This document shows, one piece after another, positions 19,880-29,219 of a stretch of DNA of 64,000 bases. The number at the start of each line of letters is the position of its first letter. Position 1 is the first letter of the stretch. The stretch is from assembly GCA_963767005.1 (NCBI GenBank), contig CAVYCN010000006.1, forward strand, positions 1-64,000. The letters run 5' to 3'. The notes beneath the pieces were generated by a model, which made no database searches, was not told the DNA's origin, and saw only the letters and a program-made list of their open reading frames with translations. This stretch comes from an uncultured Actinomycetes bacterium (GTDB lineage Bacteria; Actinomycetota; Thermoleophilia; UBA2241). The position numbers and the translations under genes are program-made.

Positions 19880-21715
19880 CTACGTCACCACCGCCGCCTT
19901 CTCGTCGATCCCGCTCGCGCCCGACGGGAACGTGCCCTGCGGCGTCGTGATCTGCAGCGCTCCGGTGCCGTCGTAGGCGCGTACGGCAAAGACGTGCTCG
20001 CCGCGGCTGAACGGCCACAGGTAGCGCCAGATCACCCAGGTGAGGTGCGACAGCGGCGCGCGCAACTCGGCCGGCTGCCAGGGCCCGCCGTCGACCTGCA
20101 CCTCGACCTTCGAGATGCCGCGGTCGCCGGCGTGGGCGATGCCGCCGACCGGCACGTAGGTGCGGCCGCCGCTGCGCACCAGGTCGTTCGTCGCCACGAC
20201 GTCGACCACCGAGGTCGTCTTCATGATCGCCTGCGCGTCCCAGCCGCGTGAGACCCAGTAGCCCGGGGCCGCGTCGGGCAGGAGCACGATCTCGGTGATC
20301 CACTTGGGCTGCTTCATGCCGTAGTGGCCGGGCCGGTAAAGGCGCAGCGGGAAGCCGTGCGCCGTGGGCAGCGGCTGCCCGTTCCAGGTGTGACACAGGA
20401 TGACGCGCGGGTCGCCGTCGACGGTCGCGAGGTCGACCGCCTCGCCGAAGCCGTCCTGCGACAGCAGGTGGGCGTAGGCCGCCTCTGGCTTGACGCCGAC
20501 CGCGGCGAGCACGTCGCGGAAGGGCGGCCCCGTCCAGAGCGTGGTCGAGATCAGCGGACCGCCGACCGGGTTGGACACGCACGACAGGGTGGCGAACTCG
20601 TCGGTCGCGGCGAAGCGCGCCTTGAGCTCGTCGAGCGTGAGCGAGACGGGGCGCTCGACCAGGCCCGAGATCTTCAGGCGCCACGAGGTCGGGTCGATCG
20701 AGGGCGGCTCGAGGTCGATGTCGACGCGGTAGAAGTCGGCGACCGGCGTGTACTCGAGGCGGGTGCCCGGCACAGGCTTGACCGGCGAGTCCGCGTTGGG
20801 GAACGGGATCGGCGCCTTGATCGGCGCCGGCGTGGCGAGCCCGGCCTCGGCCATGAGGATGTCGCTCACCTCGGCGCCGAGCACGACGATCGTCGCCGCG
20901 GCGCCGCCGACGCGGATCAGGAAGTGACGGCGGTCGAGGGTGGCGGCCTCGGCAGCCGGCTCGAGGCGGCCGGGCCGCTCGAGCGGGATGTAGGCGCTCG
21001 GCGAGTCGGGCGTGGCCGGCACGGCGAGCGGCGCCGGCCCGCCGCGTCGCGCGACCGCCAGCCGCAGCCGGGCGAGCGCCCAGCCCCAGACGAAGACCGA
21101 GCCGACGATCCAGAGCGCCCAGACGGCGTGCGAGCCGAAGGTGGCCGGCGGCGACGCCGCGAGGGCGATCAGAAAGCAGGCGACGCCGAGCGCGACGCCG
21201 AGCAACTCGCCGGCGCGCGTCACCCACAGGCGATCCTCGCTGTCGACGAGCACGAAGAACAGCAGACCGACCACGGCGCCGGTGACGAGCAGGCCCGTGA
21301 GCGCGAGGGCGATCTCGGTCGCCTTGCCGGTGTCCTTGATGTTCAGGCCAAGCCCCTCGAGCACGCGCAGCGTGGTCTCGAGGCCGAAGATCACAAGGCG
21401 CCCCGGCAGCACGCGCGTGAGCCACTCGAAGATGGTGTACGGGATCGAGGGCGCGCCGTAGTGCGCGCCGATCACCGACACGGCGAGCAACGCCGCCGTG
21501 AGCAGCGCGCCGGCGGCGAGGCCGGTCAGCGCGCGGCGCAGGAGAGGGTGGCGCGGGTGGCCGGGGCGGGCCGGCCGGGCCGAGCGGCGCGGGCGACTGG
21601 AGCGACTCGCGCGGGCGGAGCGGCGCGACGCCGCGGCCCCGGCATCACCGTCCGGCGGACCGTCGCCGGTCGGCGGCCCGCCTGACCCCTGCTCTCCGGA
21701 TGGTTCGTCGCTCAT
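19880..21715 (-). CDS. Membrane-anchored sulfite-oxidase-family molybdopterin oxidoreductase
   Basis: TM N-region, internal RRHFL twin-Arg-like segment, FYRVD, LSCVSN (Mo-Cys), HGFPLRL, YGMKQPKW, GYWVSRGW. Confidence 0.9.
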   Translation of the reverse strand: MSDEPSGEQGSGGPPTGDGPPDGDAGAAASRRSARASRSSRPRRSARPARPGHPRHPLLRRALTGLAAGALLTAALLAVSVIGAHYGAPSIPYTIFEWLTRVLPGRLVIFGLETTLRVLEGLGLNIKDTGKATEIALALTGLLVTGAVVGLLFFVLVDSEDRLWVTRAGELLGVALGVACFLIALAASPPATFGSHAVWALWIVGSVFVWGWALARLRLAVARRGGPAPLAVPATPDSPSAYIPLERPGRLEPAAEAATLDRRHFLIRVGGAAATIVVLGAEVSDILMAEAGLATPAPIKAPIPFPNADSPVKPVPGTRLEYTPVADFYRVDIDLEPPSIDPTSWRLKISGLVERPVSLTLDELKARFAATDEFATLSCVSNPVGGPLISTTLWTGPPFRDVLAAVGVKPEAAYAHLLSQDGFGEAVDLATVDGDPRVILCHTWNGQPLPTAHGFPLRLYRPGHYGMKQPKWITEIVLLPDAAPGYWVSRGWDAQAIMKTTSVVDVVATNDLVRSGGRTYVPVGGIAHAGDRGISKVEVQVDGGPWQPAELRAPLSHLTWVIWRYLWPFSRGEHVFAVRAYDGTGALQITTPQGTFPSGASGIDEKAAVVT

Positions 21716-21774
21716 CGTTTCGTGAGCGAGTGTAGCGCCGGCCAAACGCCGGCCGCGGCGCCGTGAGGCGGTCG

Positions 21775-22130
21775 TTACAGTCCGAGTGGCTCAGCTTCAT
21801 CCCTCAACTGGGCGAGGGCGTCGGCGACCCCGAGCGCCGCCGCCCACTGGTCGAGATAGGCGTGGTCGAGCACTGCGGCCTGCAACTCGTAGACGCGCAA
21901 GGCATCGGCGAGCTGCTTCTCGCTGCCGCCGTGGCGCCGTGCCCGACCGACGCGAGGGCGCCCTGCTCGTCGAAGAACACCCGCGGCTCGCCCGCGAGGC
22001 AGACCGACAGGCGCGGCACGTCGGCCGGCGAGATCTCGACCACGAGGTCGATGTCGTGACTCGCTCGAGGCTCGCCCCGCAGGCTCGAGGCGAGCGACCC
22101 CGAGACCATGAACGGGGCGACCCTCAGGCC
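21775..22130 (-). pseudogene. Degraded nucleotidyltransferase-fold gene
   Basis: FMVSGSLASSLRGEPRASHDIDLVV, then a frame change to GSEKQLADALRVYELQ...LDHAYLDQWAAALGV. The middle and a clean start are missing. Confidence 0.6.
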
Positions 22131-22939
22131 GCGCTCGACCGTTCGGCCGCCGGGCCGAGGAACTCGATCAGCACGGGAGCGATCGCCGACGCCGCGACGG
22201 CGTGCCGTTGCCCGGGGATCGTGTGCCACGTCCCGCGCTCGACCGTCTCGGCGATCGTGCGCGCCGTGGCGCACATGTAGGCGGGGCTCTCACCGCCGCA
22301 GACGGCGAGCACCGGGACGGTGATGCCGGCGAGCCTGTCCGTCGGTACGGCGAGCGTCGAGCTCATGATCCCTGCGTGATCGTAGGCAAGCGTCGGCGCC
22401 AGCGTCTCGAGGGCGGGCCAGTACGGCGACTCGCGCAGCGCGTCGATCTGCTCGGCCGGCTGGCCGACGTAGCTCATGAAGAGCGTGACGGCATCGCCGC
22501 GGCGACCGTCCGCAAGCGCCTCGGCGAGTCGCCGCAGGTAGTCGCTCCAGCGCCCCTGCACCGCGGGGTCGTCGTTCCAGGGCGCCTCGTAGCTGCTTAC
22601 CGCCGCGATCTGGTCGGCGCCGAGCCACGCGGCGGCCAGCAGCGCGAGGCAGCCGCCGGAGGAGTGCCCGAAAAGGTACGCCCGGCCGCCGGCCTCCTCG
22701 ATCAGGGCCGCGATGTCCTCGATCTCGCGCTCGACCTTGTAGGGCTGCGTATCGCCGCTGGCGCCGCGGCCGCGGCGGTCGTAGCCGTACACGCTGAAGT
22801 AGGGGGCCAGAAGCGCCACGAGCTCTGGCCGCCACTGGCTCCTGCGTGTCGTCAGGGCGCCGTCGACGAGGATCAGCGGTGGGCCCACGCCCTCGACGTC
22901 GAAGGCGATCGTCGTGTCATCGTGCGAGGTGATGTTCAT
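22124..22939 (-). CDS. Alpha/beta hydrolase
   Basis: YDRRGRGASGD, FGHSSGG, LAPTLAYD, PGQRH. Confidence 0.88.
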   Translation of the reverse strand: MNITSHDDTTIAFDVEGVGPPLILVDGALTTRRSQWRPELVALLAPYFSVYGYDRRGRGASGDTQPYKVEREIEDIAALIEEAGGRAYLFGHSSGGCLALLAAAWLGADQIAAVSSYEAPWNDDPAVQGRWSDYLRRLAEALADGRRGDAVTLFMSYVGQPAEQIDALRESPYWPALETLAPTLAYDHAGIMSSTLAVPTDRLAGITVPVLAVCGGESPAYMCATARTIAETVERGTWHTIPGQRHAVAASAIAPVLIEFLGPAAERSSAA

Positions 22940-23049
22940 GGGACTACCCTCCCGTCGCGGTCGCCGCGGCATGTCCGCGCCGGCCACCCGTGTAATACCC
23001 ACCTCGCCCGCGGACAGGAGCATGTAGAGTCCACCGCGACGAGGGGGCC

Positions 23050-23631
23050 ATGAACGAGCACGCACAGGCGCGAGAGGAGCGTTTCACGCGACTCTTCGAC
23101 GCCCACTACTCCGCGGTGCGCGCCTACGCCTGGCGACGCGACCCCGACGGGGCCGACGACGTCGTCGCCGAGACCTTCACGATCGCCTGGCAGCGGCTCG
23201 ACGGCGTGCCCGACGAGGCCCTGCCCTGGCTGATCGGCGTAGCCCGCAACGTCCGGCTCAACCACGAGCGCGGCGAGCGCCGCCGGCGCGAGCGGGAACG
23301 GCAGTCGGCTCGAGACGACGCCGTCCCCTCGTTCCTCGAAGCGCTCGAGGCGCACTCCACCCTGGCCGACGCCCTCGGCCGCCTCTCCCCCGCCGACCGC
23401 GAGATCCTGCTGCTGGCCGCCTGGGAGCGGCTCGACCGCGCCGGCCTGGCCGCTGCGCTCGACTGCTCGAAGGCGGCCGCGGCCGTGCGCCTGTTCCGTG
23501 CCCGGCGGCGCCTGGCCGCCGCGCTCGCTGCGGCCGAGGAGCCGGACGACCACCCCCACACGGCGAGGCCGGCCGAGCAGCTCCCCACCCTGAGCCCCGA
23601 GCGAGGAGGTCTCCTCGATGAACAGCAGTGA
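23050..23631 (+). CDS. ECF RNA polymerase sigma factor
   Basis: ADDVVAETF..AW, LPWLIGVARN, DREILLLAAWE, VRLFRARRRL. Confidence 0.92.
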   Translation: MNEHAQAREERFTRLFDAHYSAVRAYAWRRDPDGADDVVAETFTIAWQRLDGVPDEALPWLIGVARNVRLNHERGERRRRERERQSARDDAVPSFLEALEAHSTLADALGRLSPADREILLLAAWERLDRAGLAAALDCSKAAAAVRLFRARRRLAAALAAAEEPDDHPHTARPAEQLPTLSPERGGLLDEQQ

Positions 23632-25306
23632 CGCAGTTCCGACGCCTGCGCCGCGCCGATCCGGCGGCCGCCATGCCGCGCGACGACGAGCACGATCGCG
23701 AGCGGCTGCGCCGCGCGATCGTCGCCACCCCGCTCGATCCCAAGGCGGCCACCCGCAGGCGCCGACTCCTGCGGCGCCCCGCCGCGCTCATCTTCGTCGG
23801 CGCCGCCGTGTGCTGCTCGGCGCCGGGGCCGTGTACGCCAGGACCTTGCTGCTGGCGCCGATCAACCCCGTGCCGAACCAGGTTGTCAGCTCCGCGCAGC
23901 TGCGTGCCGAGTACAACGACTGGGCCCGCCAGATCACGCTGCCCAGCGGGGTGCGCTGGCGCGGTTATCACTCTACCGGCATCGGGCCCAAGGGCGGCGG
24001 TCACTTTGCGGCCGCCCTCGAGTCGATCGGCGACTGGAGCGTCGCCTGGCTGCGGGCCGCGGCCGACGGTGATGCGGCAGGCGTGACCAGGGCGCGCACG
24101 TGGGCCCAGCGGCTCAGCGCCACCATCCCGACGATCACCCCGGCGGACGAGAGAAAGGCCTTCCACAGCGCGGGCGGCACCGAGGGGGGGGAGGTCGGGT
24201 ACGGCGGCCTCGACCAGGCCATCGCGGCAGCCCGCCACGGCCACTTCGTCCTGCTCGTCGACAGGGCCGCGTGGGACGCGAACTGGGGGTTCAGTGGCGT
24301 CAAGCATGAGTACGTACGTGACCCGGGCGAGGCGCATGCGGTGACGTGGACGTGGACGCTCGACGGCGTGACCCCGAGCGATACCCCCGTGGGCCTGCAG
24401 CACAGCCCTGCGGTGAGCCGCGCCCGGGCGCGCGCCGAAGGCGACGCGGTGATCGACAAGGTCGGGCAACCCGCCGGCCTCGATCTGGCGAGCAGGCTCT
24501 TCGACGGTGTACCTCCGGGCGTGGACCCCACCCCCTTCCCGCCCGGCGCCCTGGCAGAGGACGGTCAACACGACCTGGGCGACGACTTCGAGGAGACCTT
24601 CTCAAACCTCTGGGTCGCCTGGTGGACAGAGTGGATCGCGGCCGCCGCGGCGGGCGACCGGCAGGGCGTGACGGCCGCGACTGCCGCAACGGCTCGCCTC
24701 GAGAGCCTGCTGCCGGCGACGCTCACGTTCGACGGGCACACCATGCTCATCGACCTCGCCGCCACGCCGACACGCCGCGACCTGCACGACATCGCGGCAC
24801 AGGCGCGGGCCGGCGACTTGAGCGCGATGAAGTCATGGCTTGCCTTCCAGCACGCGTATTGGTCGGTCCGACTCGAGTGGCGTGCCGCCAACATCTGGCT
24901 GGATGCATGCGGCGACGTCCTCTGCCCCGTGAGCTGGTCGGCGCTGGATGGCTCGAGCGCCGTACCCAGCGCCGGGTTCGCCTTCGAGCGGACCAGCGAG
25001 CGCCGGTGGCTGGCCTGTTGGCGGGCCTGGTATGCGGCGATCGCCGCCGGCGACACGCAGAAGGCGGCCGCCGAGACGCGAGTCTCGAACACCCTGCGCG
25101 AGCGCATGGCGCGGGGCTGGCCCGCCGACCGCTCGGCCGGCAGCCCAGCTCAGGTCGCGCTCTCGCCGGCGACGCTGCGGCAGTTCGACCGCCTCGCCGC
25201 GCAGGCGCGGCGCGGCGACGCAAGCGGCCTGCAGGACTGGCTGATCTACCAGGTCCTCTACGAGACCGCGATCGGCAAGATGGCGCTCACCGGCATGACC
25301 GGCTGA
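23618..25306 (+). CDS. Probable membrane-anchored anti-sigma factor with large extracytoplasmic domain; N-terminal frameshift(s)
   Basis: Coupled to the sigma gene. The plausible N-terminus (RRLRRADPA...RERLRRAIVA...TM start) is in the 23628 frame up to ~23810, and the rest is in the 23618 frame. Three internal repeats W..W..A..AGD. Confidence 0.6.
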   Translation: MNSSDAVPTPAPRRSGGRHAARRRARSRAAAPRDRRHPARSQGGHPQAPTPAAPRRAHLRRRRRVLLGAGAVYARTLLLAPINPVPNQVVSSAQLRAEYNDWARQITLPSGVRWRGYHSTGIGPKGGGHFAAALESIGDWSVAWLRAAADGDAAGVTRARTWAQRLSATIPTITPADERKAFHSAGGTEGGEVGYGGLDQAIAAARHGHFVLLVDRAAWDANWGFSGVKHEYVRDPGEAHAVTWTWTLDGVTPSDTPVGLQHSPAVSRARARAEGDAVIDKVGQPAGLDLASRLFDGVPPGVDPTPFPPGALAEDGQHDLGDDFEETFSNLWVAWWTEWIAAAAAGDRQGVTAATAATARLESLLPATLTFDGHTMLIDLAATPTRRDLHDIAAQARAGDLSAMKSWLAFQHAYWSVRLEWRAANIWLDACGDVLCPVSWSALDGSSAVPSAGFAFERTSERRWLACWRAWYAAIAAGDTQKAAAETRVSNTLRERMARGWPADRSAGSPAQVALSPATLRQFDRLAAQARRGDASGLQDWLIYQVLYETAIGKMALTGMTG

Positions 25307-25382
25307 ACGGCCACCGGCTCCGCAAGGAGCACCCGGAGACAACCGGCCACCAAGGACCCTGGCCGGAGCTCCGGGCCGAAGC

Positions 25383-25419
25383 GGGCGGGGCGGCGAGCTT
25401 GCAGCTCGCCGCCCCGCCC
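25383..25419. repeat. REP-like palindromic element, copy 3
   Basis: GGGCGGGGCGGCGAGCTTGCAGCTCGCCGCCCCGCCC. Confidence 0.7.
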
Positions 25420-25508
25420 CCTCTGCCGGCTCACGCTCGCGGCGCGCGGGGGGCACGCGCCGCCGCCGGTCAGTCGCCGCGCCCGGGGGGAGGTGCGGCG
25501 GACCGACT

Positions 25509-26846
25509 TCAGTGACCGTACGTGCGGCCGGCCTCGATGAAGGCCTTGTAGGCGGCCGGATCGCCCTCGTCGAGCACAACGCCGCTGCTCAGAATGAAGC
25601 CGCCGTCGCCGGCCGCCGTGGCCAGCAGGTCCTTGACGTAGGCGTCCATCTTCTCGGGCGTGCCCATGGTGAAGAGCGCCGCCGGCACGTTGCCGCCGAT
25701 GCACTGGCGGGCCCCGACGATGGCCTTGGCCCGCGCCATGTCGGTGGCGTCGAACATCCAGACCATGCTGTGGGCCGGGATCTCGTCGTCGGCGATCACC
25801 TCGAGGCGCGTGTTGTACGAGCCCTCGACGAAGACCCAGGGCACGAGGCCTTCGGCGATCAGGCCGAGCAGCACGCCCTTGAAGCTCGGCCAGTAGAGCT
25901 CCCTGAAGTCGGCGTCGGACATGAAGCCGTCGGCGCCCTTGTGGATCGGGATGAACACGATCGGATTGCCGGTCATGTTGTTGGAGCGCACGGCCCAGTC
26001 GACGGCCTGCGGCACGAGCCGGTCCATGGCCGCCTTGACCTTCTCGGGCCGGCGGAACTTGTCGAGCATCAGGCCGCGCGTGCCGCGCATCGTGTCGCCC
26101 AGGATGTCGTAGGGCGCCTTGGTGGCGCCGCCCGCGGTCTGCGGGATGCCGAGCGTGGCCATGATCTTGCCGTCGACCGCCATGAACGCCTGCAGCCACT
26201 CCATGGCGGCGTCGCCGGCGTCCATCAGCTTCTGCAGCATCGCCTTGACCGGCGGCGCCGAGAAGCCCGCGAAGAACGGCGCCGAGAAGGGGATCTCGAC
26301 GAGATCGGTCCAGGGCGGCAGCATGGCGAACGGCTCGAGCGCGCCGAACGTGCGCGGCAGGTAGACGCGCTGCCAGTAGTTGCTCGGGTCCTGGATGAGG
26401 AGGTCGTACTCGTCGTCCTTCATCCATTCCTTCTCGTTGTACTGGTAGCTCGTGTCTTCGGGCGTGCCGTGGCCGGGCCAGTCGTACAGCCGGTAGTCGA
26501 GGACGTCGAAGAGCTTGCCCGGCACGATGCCGAGGGTCAGGCCGATGGCGTCGGGCCGCGTGTCGACGTGGAAGCGGTACCAGTCTTCTTTGAACACGTC
26601 GTAGTCGTAGTAGGCGTCGTGGCCGGTGTGGCCGTAGAAGCGGAACGGCAGCAGGCCGATCCAGGGCGCGATCGGCACGGTGGCCGGCTCTTTCAGCTCG
26701 AGCACGTCGCGATAGAGCTGCACGCGGTCGCGGTAGGCCTGCGCCGTCTCGGGCGAGGCGAACTCGATGGGCACGTTCTGCCAGGCGTCGAGACGAAAGG
26801 CGAGGCGCTGCTCCCGCGAGAGCTCGTTCCAGTTGTCAGGCAGCAT
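25509..26846 (-). CDS. Uroporphyrinogen decarboxylase/MtaA-CmuA superfamily protein (putative corrinoid methyltransferase)
   Basis: APYDILGDTMRG, GFMSDADFRELYWP, CIGGNVP, GGFILSSG; coupled to the corrinoid protein. Confidence 0.85.
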   Translation of the reverse strand: MLPDNWNELSREQRLAFRLDAWQNVPIEFASPETAQAYRDRVQLYRDVLELKEPATVPIAPWIGLLPFRFYGHTGHDAYYDYDVFKEDWYRFHVDTRPDAIGLTLGIVPGKLFDVLDYRLYDWPGHGTPEDTSYQYNEKEWMKDDEYDLLIQDPSNYWQRVYLPRTFGALEPFAMLPPWTDLVEIPFSAPFFAGFSAPPVKAMLQKLMDAGDAAMEWLQAFMAVDGKIMATLGIPQTAGGATKAPYDILGDTMRGTRGLMLDKFRRPEKVKAAMDRLVPQAVDWAVRSNNMTGNPIVFIPIHKGADGFMSDADFRELYWPSFKGVLLGLIAEGLVPWVFVEGSYNTRLEVIADDEIPAHSMVWMFDATDMARAKAIVGARQCIGGNVPAALFTMGTPEKMDAYVKDLLATAAGDGGFILSSGVVLDEGDPAAYKAFIEAGRTYGH

Positions 26847-27480
26847 CGCGCGCACCTCCCACCCAGGTCCTGACCAGCTCGACCGCGCCGACCGCGTCCT
26901 TGGCCCAGCCGTCGGCGCCGGTGAACGCCTGCACCTCGTCGGTGACGGGCGCGCCGCCGACCATGATCTTGACGTCCTTGCGCAGGCCGGCCTGCTCGAG
27001 CGCGACGACCGACGCCTTCATCGAATCGAAGGCCACCGTGAGCAAGCCGGATAGACCGACGACCTGCGGCTGGACCTCGCGCACCTTGGCGACCAGCGTC
27101 TCGACCGGCACGTCGACGCCGAGGTCGACCACCTCGAAGCCGCCGATGTCGAGCATGGTGGCGACGATGTCCTTGCCGATGTCGTGGATGTCGCCCTTGA
27201 CCGTGCAGAGCACGACCGTGCCGACCTTCTTCGAGCTGGTCGAGCCGGCCAGGTGCGGCTTCAGCCGGACGGTGATGCCCTGCATGATCTCGCCGGCCAT
27301 GATCAGCTCGGGGATGAACGCCTCGCCACACGAGAAGCGCCGGCCGATCTCGTCCATCGCCTCCTTGCAGGTCTCGACGATGGCGAGCGGGTCGGTACCG
27401 CCGTCGAGCAGCCGCTCGGTGATCGCCAGCGCGTCCTGTTCACGCAGGCCGATCACCGCTTCCTTCAGTTCGTCCGTCAT
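26836..27480 (-). CDS. Corrinoid (cobalamin-binding) methyl-acceptor protein, MttC/MtbC-like
   Basis: Cap domain plus GDIHDIGK (DxHxxG), DLGVDVP, GLSGLLT, VGGAP. Confidence 0.95.
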   Translation of the reverse strand: MTDELKEAVIGLREQDALAITERLLDGGTDPLAIVETCKEAMDEIGRRFSCGEAFIPELIMAGEIMQGITVRLKPHLAGSTSSKKVGTVVLCTVKGDIHDIGKDIVATMLDIGGFEVVDLGVDVPVETLVAKVREVQPQVVGLSGLLTVAFDSMKASVVALEQAGLRKDVKIMVGGAPVTDEVQAFTGADGWAKDAVGAVELVRTWVGGARDAA

Positions 27481-27555
27481 CGCTCCTCCTTGCCGGGTCC
27501 TCAGGCGATGCAGCCACCGCAGGCGGTGCGACCGCCGTCGCGCCGTCACAGGTGC

Positions 27556-27592
27556 AATGTCAATATATATAGATATATACTCTGCCATGCAA
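27556..27592. promoter_or_regulatory. AT-rich near-palindromic operator/promoter between the divergent corrinoid and GntR genes
   Basis: TGTCAATATATATAGATATATAC in a ~70% GC background. On the minus strand, TTGCAT-N17-TATATA overlaps it. Confidence 0.65.
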
Positions 27593-27628
27593 GACCTGCT
27601 CGCTGCGATTGGTAGGATGCGAAGGACC

Positions 27629-28384
27629 GTGGCTGCGTCGGAGACATTGGCCGGGCTGAAGCCCATCGACCGCTCGTCGTTCGAGCCCGCCTACATCCAG
27701 CTCGTCAACATCCTCAGCCACGCCATCGCCCGCGGCGACTACCGCGCCGGCGACCAGCTCCCCACCGAGGCCGAGCTCTGCGCCGCCTTCGACGTCAGCC
27801 CGATGACCGTGCGCCGCGCCGTCGGCGTGCTGCTCGATCGCGGCTTCGTGAGCACCACCCGCGGCCGCGGCACGTTCGTCAAGCCGCTGCACATCTCGGC
27901 CGCGAGCTTCGAGCTGAGCGAGTTCCACGACCTGCTCGCCGACCCCGCCGTCACCGCGCGCGTGCTCGAGGCGCGCGTCATGCCGGCCGGCGCGCGCGCC
28001 GCCGCCAACCTGGGTGTGTCCGAGGGCACGCGCGTGATCAGCATCCGCCGCCTGCTGCAACGCGGCGACGAGCCGCTCTTCTACCATCGCGAGTCGCTCG
28101 CCTACGATCCCGAGCGACCGACGGTCGAGGCCGAGCTCGGCGTGACGGCGCTGCGCGACCTCTTCGAGGGCGGCGGCGCGGCCGGGCCCAAGCGCGGCGA
28201 GCTCGTCGTGCACGCGTCGGTCCTCACCGGCGAGGAGGCCCGCTATGTCGGGCGCCCCGCCGGCAGCGCCGCGCTCGTCGTCGAGCACCTGTTCTTCGAC
28301 TACGACGACAAGCCGATGAGCTGGGGCCGGTTCGTCTGCCGCGGCGACCTGCTGCAGCTCCGCGCCGTGATCGGTGCCCGGTGA
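27629..28384 (+). CDS. GntR (HutC/UTRA) transcriptional regulator; start uncertain
   Basis: QLPTEAELCAAFDVSPMTVRRA, RGRGTFV, C-terminal UTRA-like domain. Confidence 0.92.
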   Translation: MAASETLAGLKPIDRSSFEPAYIQLVNILSHAIARGDYRAGDQLPTEAELCAAFDVSPMTVRRAVGVLLDRGFVSTTRGRGTFVKPLHISAASFELSEFHDLLADPAVTARVLEARVMPAGARAAANLGVSEGTRVISIRRLLQRGDEPLFYHRESLAYDPERPTVEAELGVTALRDLFEGGGAAGPKRGELVVHASVLTGEEARYVGRPAGSAALVVEHLFFDYDDKPMSWGRFVCRGDLLQLRAVIGAR

Positions 28385-29076
28385 AGCCCGGCGACCGACT
28401 CGATCCGTCGTCGCTGCCGGGGCTGATCGCCGCCCTCGACGAGCGGGCGTCGCTTGCCGAGGTACGCCGCCGCGTCGCGGCCGGTGAGACGCCGCTCGCC
28501 GTCATCGCCGACTGCCGCGTGGGCATGGACTACGTCGGCCGTCACTACGAGAGCGGCAAGTACTTCATCGGCGGGCTCATCATGGCCGGCGAGATCTTCC
28601 GCGAGGCGATGGAGATCCTCGAGCCGCTGATGCCGGGCGACGAGCCGGCGGCCGGCGCGGCGCCGGCGGGCGCGCCCGCCGGCGCCGCGCCGGCCGCCGG
28701 CGTCCTGGTGTGCACGGTGCGCGGCGACATCCACGACATCGGCAAGAGCATCCTCGTCATGCTGCTGCGCGCCCAGGGTCACGTCGTGCACGACCTCGGA
28801 GTCGACGTGCCGCCCGACGAGGTCGTGCGCCGCGCCTTGGAGCTGCGCCCCGACGTCGTCGGGCTGTCCGGTCTCCTCACGGGGGCGCACCCGAGCATGC
28901 GTGAGACGGTGGCCGAGCTGCGGCGCGTGGCGCCGCAGCTCGGCCACCGTCTCGTCGTCGCGGTCGGCGGCTCGTCGGTGAACGAGCAGGTCTGCGCCTG
29001 GACGGGCGCCGACCTGTGGGCCGACGAGGCGGTGCGCGGCGTCGAGCTCATCGCCGGCGCGCTCGCGCGGCGCTGA
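28381..29076 (+). CDS. Second corrinoid protein
   Basis: GDIHDIGK, DLGVDVP, GLSGLLT, VGG; GTGA overlap with gntR. Confidence 0.92.
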   Translation: MKPGDRLDPSSLPGLIAALDERASLAEVRRRVAAGETPLAVIADCRVGMDYVGRHYESGKYFIGGLIMAGEIFREAMEILEPLMPGDEPAAGAAPAGAPAGAAPAAGVLVCTVRGDIHDIGKSILVMLLRAQGHVVHDLGVDVPPDEVVRRALELRPDVVGLSGLLTGAHPSMRETVAELRRVAPQLGHRLVVAVGGSSVNEQVCAWTGADLWADEAVRGVELIAGALARR

Positions 29077-29219
29077 GTCGACCGACGCGGGCCGGCCGCA
29101 GGGGCGCGCCGAACGGCTTCCCTCCGTCCCCTCGGGCGAGTAGCCTTGGAGGGCATCGCCCGCTCGCGCCGGCACGTCGCGCCTGCCCCGCGAGCTCGCG
29201 CACCGATCGGGGGTAGCCC

